Program-made: the position numbers and the translations under genes
Assembly (NCBI GenBank): GCA_951406725.2
Contig: OX597821.1
Coordinates: 74,648,001-74,712,000 of the forward strand
DNA from: Octopus vulgaris
Taxonomy: Eukaryota
DNA length: 64,000 bases
Direction: 5' to 3'
Shown: in pieces, positions 13,991-27,749 of the stretch
Layout of the letters: every line of letters begins with the position of its first letter
Numbering within the stretch: position 1 is the first letter of the stretch
The notes under the pieces: model-generated
Databases searched by the model: none
What the model saw: only the letters and a program-made list of their open reading frames with translations
Told to the model about the DNA's origin: nothing

Positions 13991-15326
13991 TCGACACTGA
14001 ATTAATGAAACACAAGTTTGGTCAAATTAACAGTTTGCAGTTTGGTTGGAGTCATGTTACTTAAATATAAGTAAAGAGAGTTTATATGCGGTAGTTGACC
14101 TTCAGGATATAGGAACCAAATTTCCCACAATTTGTAACCTACTAAAACCAGGAGCATTTATAAGATAATGAAGTGATAGATACACGATGAACTTGAATGC
14201 TTTATGGAGATGTCTTTATACACATCAGTGTGATTCAACCCACATTAATTACTGATTGCTGATGTGTTATTGGCTATTGACAGAAACCTTACGGTGCCGG
14301 CCAAACTCTCCCTTGCAGTAACTGCACTGGTGTTTTGCGTTCTTGATTTCAAAATCCAGTGGGACTTTCGAAAGTTCATTAAATTAAGGATCAGTCTGAG
14401 ATAGTGAAGTGTTAGAGCATAGGAAAAATGCTTCATTATATCGGCTGGTACGTTGGTTAAGCTGGTATGTTGTGGATGGAATGAATTCTGAGTTTCGTGA
14501 CTGACAGATTTAAATTGTCAGTTATTTATCAACATCTTCATGCCTCGTAAACATATCTGTGTAATGTCTATGCTAAAGGGCAACACAAAATTCTTGAGAT
14601 TCTTCTCTACTCAACAGACAACGTCTGAGACATTGACGGAATAGTCATGGCTAAACGTTATTTATCGTTGGCCTGATAATTCTCCATAAAACATTTTAGT
14701 AACTGTCCAACATTGTTACAATTTCAGAAGAAACGATCTAACCTCGAAAAGCAGAACTCTTTCACTTTGTCCATTTCTTTCTCTCGAGTCTTGGTCTGGA
14801 ATATTTACAAATAAAGAAATATTGATGTTGTTCTTATTCCTAATAATTATTATACAAATATCTTTGTTCATGACAATTATGTCCATTTTCCCGAATATTG
14901 AGGCACCAGCTAGCGAAGTCTCACTCTTGGTGTTCAACTCGGCTGAAGGAGCAGACAACTCATCCCTCACTGGCCAGAGCTACATCCAACTCTGCTTTTA
15001 AGGGTTTGTGGACACCAATCATTGTAGTTGGAAAAGCATTGGAATGTAAGCTTCCTACATGCCATTTCCTGACTGAATTCTCCGAGTAAAAAAACCCACT
15101 GTCTCTCTCAGTCAGTGTTCTTAATATTTTCCTTCCGTCATCAAGCTACTCCAAATAATGTTGAAGTTGCTGATTCCGTTGCTTGTATTGTTTATAGAGT
15201 TTTTGCTCAAAACGGTTCTTTTGTACTTTCGCCGACATCTTTTTAGTCTAAACTTCATATTGAAACCTATTCTATGCTCGAAAGTTTCTAGTGGGAAATA
15301 CGTCTTTGATTACCTTATTTAAGCTT

Positions 15327-15346
15327 CTGCTGCTACTACTACTACA

Positions 15347-15420
<74 letters not shown>

Positions 15421-15482
15421 CACCACCACCACCACCACCACCACCACCACCACCACCACCACTACTACTACTACTACTGCTG

Positions 15483-15548
<66 letters not shown>
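15327..15548. repeat. (CTA)n-(CCA)n-(CTA)n compound microsatellite
   Basis: Seen directly. Confidence 0.95.
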
Positions 15549-15886
15549 TCAATGGGATTAATACTTTTCCTTGTTGCAGAAAGGGTGGCCATCCTACAAT
15601 AAAAAAGAAAAAAGTAATGGCTGTTTGCCGAAAATATGTAAACATTTAGAAATGAGTAGGGACGAATGTTTTCTCTATTGCAAGTAATGGGTTGGTTCTT
15701 CAAAGCTTCGTAAAACTGGAATAAAAAAAAGAACAAAAAGTGTACTTTTGTGGCATCAGATAATTCGGTTAAAAATTCTGTGTTCGCGGAAGTTCTGACA
15801 AAGACTCACATTCGCTTGAGCAGTCTCATGTAACGATGAGGATAACGGTTAGGATAATGATGATGATGATGATAATAATTATGATT

Positions 15887-16206
15887 GTTTCAAATTTTTG
15901 CGCAAGGCCAGTAAACTCTGGGGAGTGGTTAAGTCGGTTACGTGTACCCCAGTTCTCAACTTGTACTTATTTTATCGACTTCGAAAGGATGAAAGGCAAA
16001 GACGACCTCGGCGGAATAATAACAACAACAATAACAATAATATTAATAATAGCGAATGTATGCAACTGGTACTTAATTTATCGACCCCGAAAGGATAAAA
16101 GGCAAAGTCGACCACGGCAGAATTTGAACTCAGAACGTAAATACGGATGAGACACTGCTAAGCATTTTTTGCCTGGCGTGCTAACGGTTTTGCCATCTCG
16201 CCGCTT
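15887..16206 (-). mobile_element. Two adjacent SINE family A pieces separated by AAT/AAC repeats
   Basis: Core GAAAGGAT(G/A)AAAGGCAAAG(A/T)CGACC occurs near 15985 and near 16090. Confidence 0.85.
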
Positions 16207-16209
16207 TAA

Positions 16210-16296
<87 letters not shown>

Positions 16297-16314
16297 CAAC
16301 AATAATAATAATGA

Positions 16315-16722
16315 TAGGCGCAAGAGTGGCTGTGTGGTAAGTAGCTTGCTTACCAACCACATGGTTCCGGGTTCAGTCCCACTGCATGGCATCATGGGCA
16401 AGTGTCTTCTGCTATAGCCTCGGGCCAACCAAAGCCTTGTGAGTGGATTTGGTAGACGGAAACTGAAAGAAGCCTGTCGTATATATGTATATATATGTGT
16501 GTGTATGTGTGTGTCTATGTTTGTGTGTCTGTGTTTGTCCCCCTAGCATTGCTTGACAACCGTTGCTGGTGTGTTTACGTCCCCGTCACATTAGCGGTTC
16601 GGCAAAAGTGACCGATAGAATAAGTACTGGGCTTACAAAGAATAAGTCCCAGGGTCGATTTACTCGACTAAAAGCGGTGCTCCAGCATGGCCACAGTCAA
16701 TTGACTGAACAAGTAATAGAGT
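16315..16722 (+). mobile_element. CORE-like SINE family B, full length
   Basis: GTGGCTGTGTGGTAAG, GGTTCAGTCCCAC, ATGGGCAAGTGTC; tail GCGGTGCTCCAGCATGGCCACAGTCAATTGACTG. Confidence 0.9.
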
Positions 16723-17013
16723 AATAATATCAATAGCCTTCTGTGTAGGGTCTTATACTAACGATTGTAAAGTGGCAGTTTCGAATCGAGACCAGGTGGC
16801 ACTCTGTGTCCATCAGTATGGCACTTTATTTCACGTTTGCTCTCGTCCACAGTATTTATCAGCAGCCGTTGGTGTTGACCTTTCGATGGACCGTTCTCCC
16901 ACCCAGGGAACGAGTGTATCTCTAAACTCAGGAGTGGCCACCGTCCAACGCTCCATTTCCTCTGAAGAAAAGACTGCCACGATGGCCCGAGGTACCCCAT
17001 TAGTCCCCGCATG

Positions 17014-17413
<400 letters not shown>

Positions 17414-17851
17414 CATGGATGATAATATTATGATAATTGGTAATTATAATGACGATGATGATGATAATGATGATTTGAAGGTGAGAACATTATTTTGCTT
17501 AGTGAGATGATACAGGAATTGTCAACGAACAAGTTATGTTCAGCCAGGTGTGAGTTTTAAAAAAACATAATCAAAACTATTCGATGGGAAATGTCCGTAT
17601 CTATGTCAGATTTTATACACATAAATGCATTTCAAGTGAATTAGCTGGTCAAATGTATTGAGGTTTCACCGTTAACTTCCTTTTGTATAAAGTTAGCAAG
17701 CGTGGAGCTTGTCCCAGCTTTCAGATATTATGTTGTAATATTGAAACAAACTAGTTTATACTATGCTAGACTAAGTTTACTGGGCTGACTGACTTCTCCA
17801 GTCAAGGGAACCAGAAGAGATGTTCTTTTTTTTTATGGATTTCCTTTGTGA

Positions 17852-17896
<45 letters not shown>

Positions 17897-18040
17897 GTGT
17901 TTGTGAGTTAGTTGTTTGTGTAGCATATGTACGTGTCTGTGTATGTTTGCATGTAAGCATGTATGACTATAAGTATGTACGTAGCTCTCTCCTCTCTCTT
18001 TTTCACTCACTCTTTATGAGTGTGTGTACGCGTATCTACG

Positions 18041-18400
<360 letters not shown>

Positions 18401-19016
18401 TATATAAGTGTTATGTGAAGATGTATATTTGTATAGTGTAATATATACTCATGTAATAATATATCTATATACATGTACAGATATATTTATAGATAGATGC
18501 TTATTGTTACATCTTGTCAGAAGAGTGCCGTCTCTTCATTGAACATTGCATGATCGTGTGCACGCAAATGACTTTTCAGTCCAGCTTTCGTTCTGCAGAA
18601 ACATTCACAGAATCTACTCTTATTTCTCTATTCGATACAAATGTACGCCGTTGCGATTGGCGAAGGAGCCATCTCACAACCAGCTCCATTTCTCCCTGGC
18701 TTGTATGAATTTAGGTGTTTATAATAGAACATCCACACGCGTTGCTTCTCAGTTACTGCTGGGTTTCTGCAGGCATTAGGTGAGGCCCACTTACAGGCTG
18801 AGCACTTCAAAGCAGGATATTCCATTTGCTTTTTCTCAAATACATCATGTCTCTACGTGATAGTTTCTCTCAATAACGTACGGCTTTCCGCTAAAGTTTT
18901 CCAAATATCATTTCCAAAGCTTTAAGGCTGACTGAAACCACCTCCACAAGTCAGTTACGCATAAAATATGTTTCCATCCTGAAAACATATAACCAGCAAG
19001 ACGCATGTAATTCCAA

Positions 19017-19080
<64 letters not shown>

Positions 19081-19163
19081 GCACACACACACACACACAC
19101 GCACACACACACACACAGAGGCCTAAGCGTATATTTATATATACAAATGTGCATGCATTTATA

Positions 19164-19320
19164 TACTCTTACTCTTTACTTTTTTACTTGTTTCAGTCAT
19201 TTGACTGCGGCCATGCTGGAGCACCGCCTTTAGTCGAGCAAATCGACCTCAGGACTTGTTCTTTGTAAGCCTAGTACTTATTCTGTCGGTCTCTTTTGCC
19301 GAACTGCTAAGTCACGTGAA
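19164..19320 (-). mobile_element. SINE family B 3' half
   Basis: Reverse of GCGGTGCTCCAGCATGGCCGCAGTCAAATGACTGAAACAAG plus (AAGAGTA)n-like tail. Confidence 0.88.
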
Positions 19321-19533
19321 CATTAGCGCGCCGGGCTATATGCTTAGCGGTATTTCGTCTGCCGATACGTTCTGAGTTCAAATTCCACCCTGGTCGACTT
19401 TGCCTTTCATCCATTCGGGGTCGATTAAATACTTACCAGTTACCCACTGGGGTCGATGTAATCGACTTAAATCCTTTATCTGTCCTTGTTTGTTCCCCTC
19501 TATGTTTAGCTCATCGTGGGAAATAAAGAAATA
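19321..19533 (+). mobile_element. SINE family A, long-tail type
   Basis: GGTATTTCGTCTG..GTTCAAATTCC..GTCGACTTTGCCTTTCATCC..GTGGGAAATAAAGAAATA. Confidence 0.9.
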
Positions 19534-20734
19534 AATATTTCTCCGGTATTGTCCAATGCATACTTCCCTGGTTTTTTTATTTTAGAATGTGATTCGAGGG
19601 CAATTTCTTTGCTATTTTTAGGCGACCTATTGGCAGCAGGGGAGCGAAAGTGTTGGGTGGAATACTTTGCTGTATGAGATCTGGCTATCTTTGAACTGAG
19701 TTGAAATTCCACCAGATCTACTTTGCCCTTCGTCATTTCGAGGACGATTAATATAATACCAGTCATATACTCGGGTTAAATGTTCTCTTTTTACCTCTTT
19801 GCCCTCCCTCTCCCCTCCTTCTCCTCTATTGAAATCAGATATTTTGTCCAGTGAAATGGACGATATTGGACTACTCACAACATCCTTCTTCTCCCTAAAT
19901 GGACACAGGCTGGGAAAAATTTAGCTGCACTTTTCCAATAGCCTGAAAGTTTTTGACTTTGGCAAGGAACCGCTTCTACCGGGATTAACTGATTTGCAAT
20001 GACTCAACCGAAAATCAAAATCTCCCCACAAACTCAGCTCAACAGATTTGAGTAAATACCTACACCTACCACACACACACACACACACGGACATCCACAC
20101 ACATTAATGCATACACCAATACAATACAATACAATCCCGGCTCACACACAAAAGATTGAGAGTGAGATGAATGTAACTTGTATTGACATAGTTAACTCGT
20201 TTCACCTCTGAAGGATAAAACCGTTTTACGCCGGTGACCGTGGAGATGGCGGATTAGAGAGATGCGCTCGAATGACGGCGTGAAACCAGGGGATAGATTT
20301 AATGATACACTACACGCTCTGCATCCCATAGTTCACTTTCTTTCTTTCTTTCTTTCGTTCTTTCTTTCTTTCTTTCTCTAGCCCCCTATATGTATATGTA
20401 CTATATATAAACATACATATCCCTCTGTCTGTCTGTCTGTATGTGTGTGTGTATGTACGTGTGTGTTTGTGCGTGTGTATATATATATATATATATATAT
20501 ATGACGTTAAATAAATATCTCTATTGTCATATATTTCAAAAAGAAAGAAAGAGAAAGAGAGAGAGGAGGAAAGAGAGAGGGGGAGGGAGAGAAAGAATGA
20601 GGGAATTACAGAGACGATAAGTTTTAAGACGTTTCTTAGTTGTGATGATTTCTAGGCTGATCATGTTTTACTTAAACGTTTGAGAATTTCCTTCTTAGGG
20701 CCAATAGGAAATTCATAGGTTATACATATAAACA

Positions 20735-21032
20735 TATTAAATGAATAGAAAAGATGGGACAAGAAGGCAAAACATCGAGACAGATGATAAAAAAAGGGAA
20801 AAGCAAAGACAAGGACGGGTCATTCGGGATTTTCTTTCTTCAGTCGAGTTCCAGATTATCTTTGCAGTTTCGAAATTGCTCTAATCTGGCCAGCCCCAAG
20901 GAAACACTAAGCTAAGAGCACTAGATTCCTTGGAGGAAAGCAGCGAATGTATACGAAAACAAGGACGGAAAAAAACGCAGAAATGGTACACAAATACAAA
21001 TGCAAATAAAAGGACATTAACAACGGGTGTCT
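20735..21032 (-). mobile_element. Unclassified repeat P2, possibly Penelope-related
   Basis: Purine-skewed block next to (TACA)n; minus strand has GAAA..CTGAAGA like family P1. Confidence 0.35.
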
Positions 21033-21052
21033 TATACATACATACATAGGGG

Positions 21053-21423
21053 AGGAAGCACTCCGTCGGTTACGACGATGAGGGTTCCGGTTGATCCGAA
21101 TCTTCGGAACAGCCTGCTCATGAAATTAACGTGTAAGTGGCTGAGCACTCCACAGACACGTGCACCCTTAACGTAGTTCTCGGGGATATTCAGCGTGACA
21201 CAGAGAGTGACAAGGCCGGCCCCTTGAAATACAGGTACAATAGAAACAGGAAGTAAGAGTGAGAGAAAGTTGTGGTGAAAGAGTACAGCAGGGATCACCA
21301 CCATCCCTTGCCGGAGCCTCGTGGAGCTTTTAGGTGTTTTCGCTCAATAAACACTCACAACGCCCGGTCTGGGAATCGAAACCGCGATCCGATGATCTAA
21401 CCACTGGGCCATTGTGCCTCCAC
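21053..21423 (-). mobile_element. tRNA-derived SINE family C within (TACA)n
   Basis: Minus: GTGGAGGCACAATGGCCCAGTGG (A box), GTTTCGATTCCC (B box), tail GTCGTAACCGACGGAGTGC; homologous to 24579-24895. Confidence 0.88.
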
Positions 21424-22968
21424 ATACATACATACATACATACATACATACATACATACATACATACATACATACATACATACATACGTTCGCTAATGTC
21501 TTTAATTCCTCGTTGCATACATATTTCTAGTTATCATTTTAATTCTCTCAGCTCTGATTAATTCAAACTTACTTATTGTAGTAAATTTTACAGTTGTTTC
21601 TCAAGCTGGATTGAATTCCAAAGCAGTAGAAATACCCGCAGATAATTATGTGTGTTAATCCTTTTCTTCTATGCCAGCGGTTCTCATCTTTTTGACTTCC
21701 TGACGCTTTGGAGATTAGATAAATCAATTTGTGAGGCGCTTAGTAGGAAAGTTAAACAAACTGTTTTTGTTTTTTATAAACGGGAAAAGAAATCATACGA
21801 AACCATTGCTTACCTTGGGTTCAAAGAAGAAAAGAAAACAACTTCTGAGTCATTTTCTTCAAAGACGTCCAAACATCAATATGTATATTCTAAGGCATTA
21901 AATTATGTGTGAGATATTCACGTCGCATATGTGAGAGTATTTCAGAACGAATGTGTAAACAGTTGTTTTTATATTGATCTAAGACGCATAAAATTCTTAT
22001 GGGATAAGGAGTCGATTGACTTTAGTTCCGCATCCGATTGGTATATATCTGGTATTGGATAGTGATGACCCTGGTCAGATGAAATATAAATGTTGCTCGG
22101 TTGATTTGGAATTCAAAATGCTGAATGATGAAACTAAACACTAAGACATTTAAGGCGATGAAGTTTCTACATTTCACCCTATGCCAGATATTTCTGATAC
22201 AATTTAGATCTTTTCATCTTTGGATAAACCTTTTCTAATTTACGTATCGCATTATTAATACTGTTTTAACACTGGCATACAATAAATGTTTAAAATAATG
22301 ATGACAGCCTGGTGCATATATAAACCAATGACAAGATGTGTTGCAGGGGAACGCTCGCTATATCTCTCAATCATAATGCCTTGTTGTTCCATATATTCAG
22401 AGGCGTAATCTTCTCTTGTGAGCATAAATTTCATTCCACTTTATCCTATTACGTAAATACTTTATGATTTCTCGTAATTGTGGTTCAACCCTTATTTATT
22501 ATTTAGCTATGCTAACATCATTTTCTTCCCCTCTTCTCCTTGAACTGTTCTCCCTATCTCGACATATTCTCTTCCTCTGCTACCCCAATCCATATTCCTT
22601 TCGTTCACTGCTTGCCTCTGTTTGTCCCTTTATAACACCAGCTACCATCCCTAACTGATTTATAGTTAGCTGAGTGAGATTCCCGACCACCAGAGGCGCT
22701 TCCTTTCACCACACGGACCTAAAATTTACTTTCTCCTTTCTGTTTCCGTTTTATCTATTCTGACTCGCTTCATTCTTCCCTATATCATAGAAATCCTCCT
22801 CCCTCTCCCGCCTTTCATTTCTTCTTTACCCCAGCTCCCTCTTCTTACGCCGCTTATATTCTCCCTCTTATTCTACGTGTTGTGTTGGCTTTCTCATTGA
22901 TGATACTTTTTCCTGTATGTATGCACAAATATAATTCTTTTCCCAAATAAACGGCACTTCATATTCGA

Positions 22969-23042
22969 GGCTCCGATGAAGCTGTAAGGTGTTACTCAAG
23001 CATTTAACCTACAGCATCTTATTGCTGAAACAGCGGTAAGCT
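22969..23042 (+). ncRNA. Degenerate Penelope-type hammerhead motif
   Basis: GGCT-CCGATGA-AGC..GCT-GAAA-CAGCG-GTA-AGCT; U4 mutated to C; same design as 62049-62144; follows a pyrimidine-rich tract. Confidence 0.5.
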
Positions 23043-23148
23043 AATGACGTTCACAAGACAATCTTCTATTCCTTTATCATCTTATTTTCTTATGCGTAGA
23101 TATACACTTTCATTTATTTGGATGCATACGATATTTACACACAGATTC

Positions 23149-23198
<50 letters not shown>

Positions 23199-23981
23199 GC
23201 ACGCACATACACACACTAATATATACTTTGTATGCATAGATTACAGATGCTTCTTTGTGTATATATGTGTGTGTGTGAGAGTACATTAATTGCCAGAAAG
23301 AAAGAGAAGATTAAATAAAAAAAGAGAAAATTAAATAAAAAAATATCCTTGCATTATATAGTCGAAGACATGTTTTATTTGATGACACGTCACTTTTTCA
23401 CTGTGTCTAATCGAACCATCTTTATAATCTGTCGAATGCCAAAATATTATTTCGTATATATTCTGTGATAAGAGAAGCTCTTGTGATTTTTGTTTGTAAA
23501 AACTGTAAGAAAAATTATTGATACTTCCAAACATGATCATACCTTGAGGTGATATCATCGTTGTAAGAGCTTACAAGACACCAACAGGAGAATTAGATTA
23601 TATTTTTTCTAAGTCTTACTGCTGTAAATATACGACTATCGATTCATTGAATTAAACATTATTGATATAATTCTCAGTAACAAAGCTAAAAAGAAACACA
23701 AAGAAAAAACAACAAATTTCCGACGTTGAAAGTGATGTCTCTATATTTCACTTGACTCTGTAGATAATCAATCACCTGGAATTTCAAGAATATGGTATCG
23801 TTTTGTGTTTCTTTACCAAGGTCTTCATGTAAGTGTGACATCTGAATTATTAAAACTTTCTAATTGAATTTGTAAATGTCGGTAGTGAGTTGACATTTAC
23901 TAGATTAGAACGTGAATATACATTGTTTGGAAATAATGGTTTCCAATTCGATGTCAGTTTAGGGATAATGTTCTTAATGAC

Positions 23982-24310
23982 AAGGCGACAAATTCCGCCG
24001 AGGTCGACTTTGCCTTTCATCCTTTCGGGGTCGATAAATTAAGCACCACTTACGCACTGGGGTCGATGTAATCGACTTAATCCGCTTGTCTGTCCTTGTT
24101 TGTCCCCTCTGTGTGTATCTCCTTGTGGGCAGTAAAAAAATAGGTATTTCGTCTGTCTTTATGTTCTGAGTTCAAATTCTCCTGAGGTTGACTTTGGCTT
24201 TCATCCTTTCGGGATCGATAAATTAAGTACCAGTTGGGTACTGTGCTCGATGTAATCTACTGGCTCTCTCCCCCAAAATTTCGGGCCTTGTGTCTAGAGT
24301 AGAGAAGAAA
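23982..24310 (+). mobile_element. Dimeric SINE family A (long-tail unit + headless short-tail unit) within one TSD
   Basis: TSD ATAAT(G/A)TTCTTAATGAC at 23965-23981 and 24311-24327; internal junction at 24142/24143. Confidence 0.88.
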
Positions 24311-24578
24311 ATAATATTCTTAATGACGATAGGAGATCAAATCGATAGAGAAGTTAAAAATAGAACTACTCTGTAAATATTCTACACTCGAATGGTGAAG
24401 TTATAGTTCCAGAAAACTCAATTTCTTTCTCAATATAATAAGGTTCTCGATATTCCTTTAGACTTGAGCATAACCAAATATTACCTTTATAAGGATTCCA
24501 AAGAAAATTTGCTGTATACGAAATCTTCCTGCCACACTCCCTTAACCTTGCAGAATCCAGTAAATAATATTAGGCGTC

Positions 24579-24895
24579 ATGTGGAGGCGCAATGGCCCAG
24601 TGGTTAGGGCAGCGGACTCGCGGTCGTAGGATCGCGGTTTCGATTCCCAAACCGAGCGTTGTGAGTCTTTATTGAGCAAAAACACCTAAGGTTCCACGAG
24701 GCTCCGGCAGGGAATGGTGGTAAACCCTGCTATACTGTTTTACCACGAATTATCTCACCCTTTTTTCCTGTTTCTGTTGATAAGGGTTCACGTGTCTGGG
24801 GAGTGCTCACCCACTTGCACGTTAATTTCACGAGCAGGCTGTTCCTTTGATCGGATCAACCGGAACTCTTGTCGTCGTAACTGACCGACTGCCAC
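24579..24895 (+). mobile_element. SINE family C with TSD and internal deletion
   Basis: TGGCCCAGTGG A box, GTTTCGATTCCC B box; TSD ATATTAGGCGTC at 24567-24578 and 24896-24907. Confidence 0.92.
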
Positions 24896-25324
24896 ATATT
24901 AGGCGTCGTATTTCTAGCATTTCACGTGGTTTGAATTGTGTAGCTCTCGATTAAAAGAAAGCTTTAAAGAAGGACAGATTTCATGAAAAAATACAAGAAA
25001 TATCACTTGATATTGCTAAGCAAAGCCCCTACAAAACCGCATCAATACCTCTCATTAGTAACCCGCTGTGTAGCTTGCATACACCACATCTACCCCCATC
25101 CAAAACGTTTTAAAGCTTTGTACAAGAGTGTTTCGAAATTGGTCATTAGTGCCACAAATGAAATAATATAAACATACTGAAATATCATTGCAGCATCAGT
25201 AGTACTAGTATTAGTAGTAGTAGTAGCAGCAGCAGTAGTAGTGGTAGTAGCAGCGGTAGTAGTTCAATCAACAGTTGGCGTGCTAACTCGCCGCCTTGCC
25301 AATGTTAATATACTCTCATTTAGC

Positions 25325-25654
25325 AGGGGGGCGAGCTGGCAGAAGAGGTAGCACGGCGGGTGAAATGCTTACATGTATTTCGTCTGTTTTTATGTTCTGA
25401 GTTCAAATTCCGCCGAGGTCGATTTTGCCTTTCATCCTTTCGGGGTCGATAAATTAACTACCAGTTGTGTACTGGGGTCGATCTTATCGACTGCTCCCTC
25501 TCCCAAAATTTCGGGCCTTGCACCGAGAGTAGAAAAGAATAGATTTTTATTTAAGTATCCGTTACGCACTGGGGTCGATGTAATCGACTTAATCCCTTCG
25601 GTTGTCCTTGTTTGTCCGCTCTACGTTTAACTCCTGTAAGGCAATAAAGAAATA
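25325..25654 (+). mobile_element. Composite SINE family A with both tail types within one TSD
   Basis: TSD AATATA(C/T)TCTCATTTAGC at 25307-25324 and 25655-25672. Confidence 0.9.
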
Positions 25655-25800
25655 AATATATTCTCATTTAGCGGGAAATAATTCCGCGATGTGTTGTCAA
25701 ATCGCGCGAAAATAAAGTTTACCGACCGCAGTAAACCAATATAACTTCCAAATAAACGCAATACTCATGTTTTAGATATCATTGATACAACATTTATGGT

Positions 25801-25963
25801 AAACAAACAAGGGACAAACAGGGATAGACAAACGGATTAAGTCGATAACATCGACCCCAGTGCGTAACTGGTACTTAATTTATCGACCCCGAAAGGATGA
25901 AAGGCAAAGTCGACCTCGGCGGAATTTGAACTCAGAACGTAACGGCAGACGAAATACCGCTAA
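25801..25963 (-). mobile_element. SINE family A
   Basis: Near-consensus core CCCCGAAAGGATGAAAGGCAAAGTCGACCTCGGCGGAATTTGAACTCAGAACG. Confidence 0.92.
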
Positions 25964-27408
25964 GACATCCCAAATTGTGACGTATGAAGTTAGACATTTA
26001 ATTTGACAGCGGCACCCTCATGGAGTTGGATCATGCTTCACGACTTAAGGAATTAGTCGTTTTAACATCTTTCGAACTGTTGAAATGTTCATTCCGAAAT
26101 GCAGCTCCGAAAACAAATTTCTACATCCATGTTTGAAAAGTTTAAAACAGAAGCAATACACACCGGGAAGTTTACCAACCGGGCAATAAGCGCAGAGTGT
26201 TGGATGAATGTCGCTGGTTGTTTTAAGCTAAAGATCTCGAACCGTTGTACCAAAACGCTACACTACAATTGTAGACATGAATCTCTTTGAATTACTTTGA
26301 AATTTATCGATTTGTTGAAAGATTTTCAAATTTGTTGAAAAATTTCATGTTGCTAAGTTTCCGTTCAAAAATAATTCACGGAATTCGTAGAAATTAGGTT
26401 TCATTTTATTGTATTTTACTTCATTGCAATGTTTTGTCTTAAACAACCGATCTGGTGCTTCCACTCTTTCTAGTATTTAAATCTCCCTTTTTTCTCAATA
26501 ATTACTTTTTTCTGTTATGCCTCCCTTTCTTTTCTTCCGTTTTTCTCTCCCTTTTCTTTCTTTTTCTTTCTTTATATTATTCTCTGTTTGTTCTTTCCAG
26601 GAAACTTCCTTCTTATCTGCTTCACTTTCTCTGTCAAATCAAATTGGAATTCAAATATATTTTGTTGATGTAAATCAAAAATATGGTTCCTCATTTTTAG
26701 CAGATAAATTTCTAAGCATAAACTTGTATATTTTTAAAATGGTTTTGTTCCATTTTTTCATTCCCGTTATATTGTTATTGTACTTTATAATCTTATTTTA
26801 AGAAACAAACAGTTGTTTCTTTTGTCAACATACCCCTCTCTGCTTCGTTATTTCTTGGTCTTACTCTCTTTTCATCATTCAACAATTTTCTGTCTGTCTG
26901 TCTTAATCATTCCACATAGCTATTTTATTATAATAGCTATTATTAATTTATCGCTTTTACACTCTTCTCAAATAAATATGCTCTTCCTTTCCGGTGCCAA
27001 ATGCACAACACATTTTTAGTCAGTTATATTGAAAAAAGAAACTTTACAGTCTTCTCTCTGCATGTTTGGTCACTAAATATGTAGCGAGCCTCACACTTTC
27101 GTATCTGCTTTTTCTCACTATCATCCAAAAAAAAAAAAAGGTACTAACCTCCGCAAAGCACGCCACAACTGCTGTTATGCAGTGAGAAATCCACTTCTTT
27201 CTCTATCACATTTATATATCCTTCCTTTTCTCATCTAATGTATATCAATTGCTGCGTATATGACGATTTATCATTCTATTTTATTACCAAAGATTTTATA
27301 TAAACACCTGTTTTGATATATAACTACTCAGCAAAAAAACTACCTTCCAGTATTATATAACTCTTATACATACCTCATGAAAATATAGCATCTTTATATA
27401 TATATATA

Positions 27409-27620
27409 TGAAGTTAATCCAAACATGAAAACACAAAGACAAAACACAACAACGCGAGGACGTGGAACAAGTATAGTGTTATTGGACGCTCAGGAAAGGA
27501 AAGAAAGAAGGAGGATTTATCGTTTCGAGCGGAGCTCTTCGTCAGAAACATAGAAAAAGGAAAGATCCAAGGAAGGGAAGACGGAGGAAAAAAATCGCCA
27601 TCGATACACACGCCGTCACA

Positions 27621-27622
<2 letters not shown>
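27409..27622 (-). mobile_element. Short hammerhead-bearing Penelope-like non-autonomous element in (TA)n
   Basis: Flanked by (TA)n on both sides; hammerhead at 27514-27550; related to the element around 54051-54086. Confidence 0.65.
27514..27550 (-). ncRNA. Minimal hammerhead motif, cleavage site degenerate
   Basis: Minus: GTTT-CTGACGA-A-GAGC-TCC-GCTC-GAAA-C-GAT-AAAT. Confidence 0.6.
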
Positions 27623-27684
<62 letters not shown>

Positions 27685-27749
27685 TATGTAGGTATGTACA
27701 TATACGTATGTATATATGCATATATTTATTTATTATTTATATTATTATA

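Noticed and set aside
24581-24655. Functional tRNA genes at SINE heads (also 7443, 49180-49251, 52862)
   Set aside because: A/B boxes run into SINE bodies, most with TSDs; no complete cloverleaf with terminator
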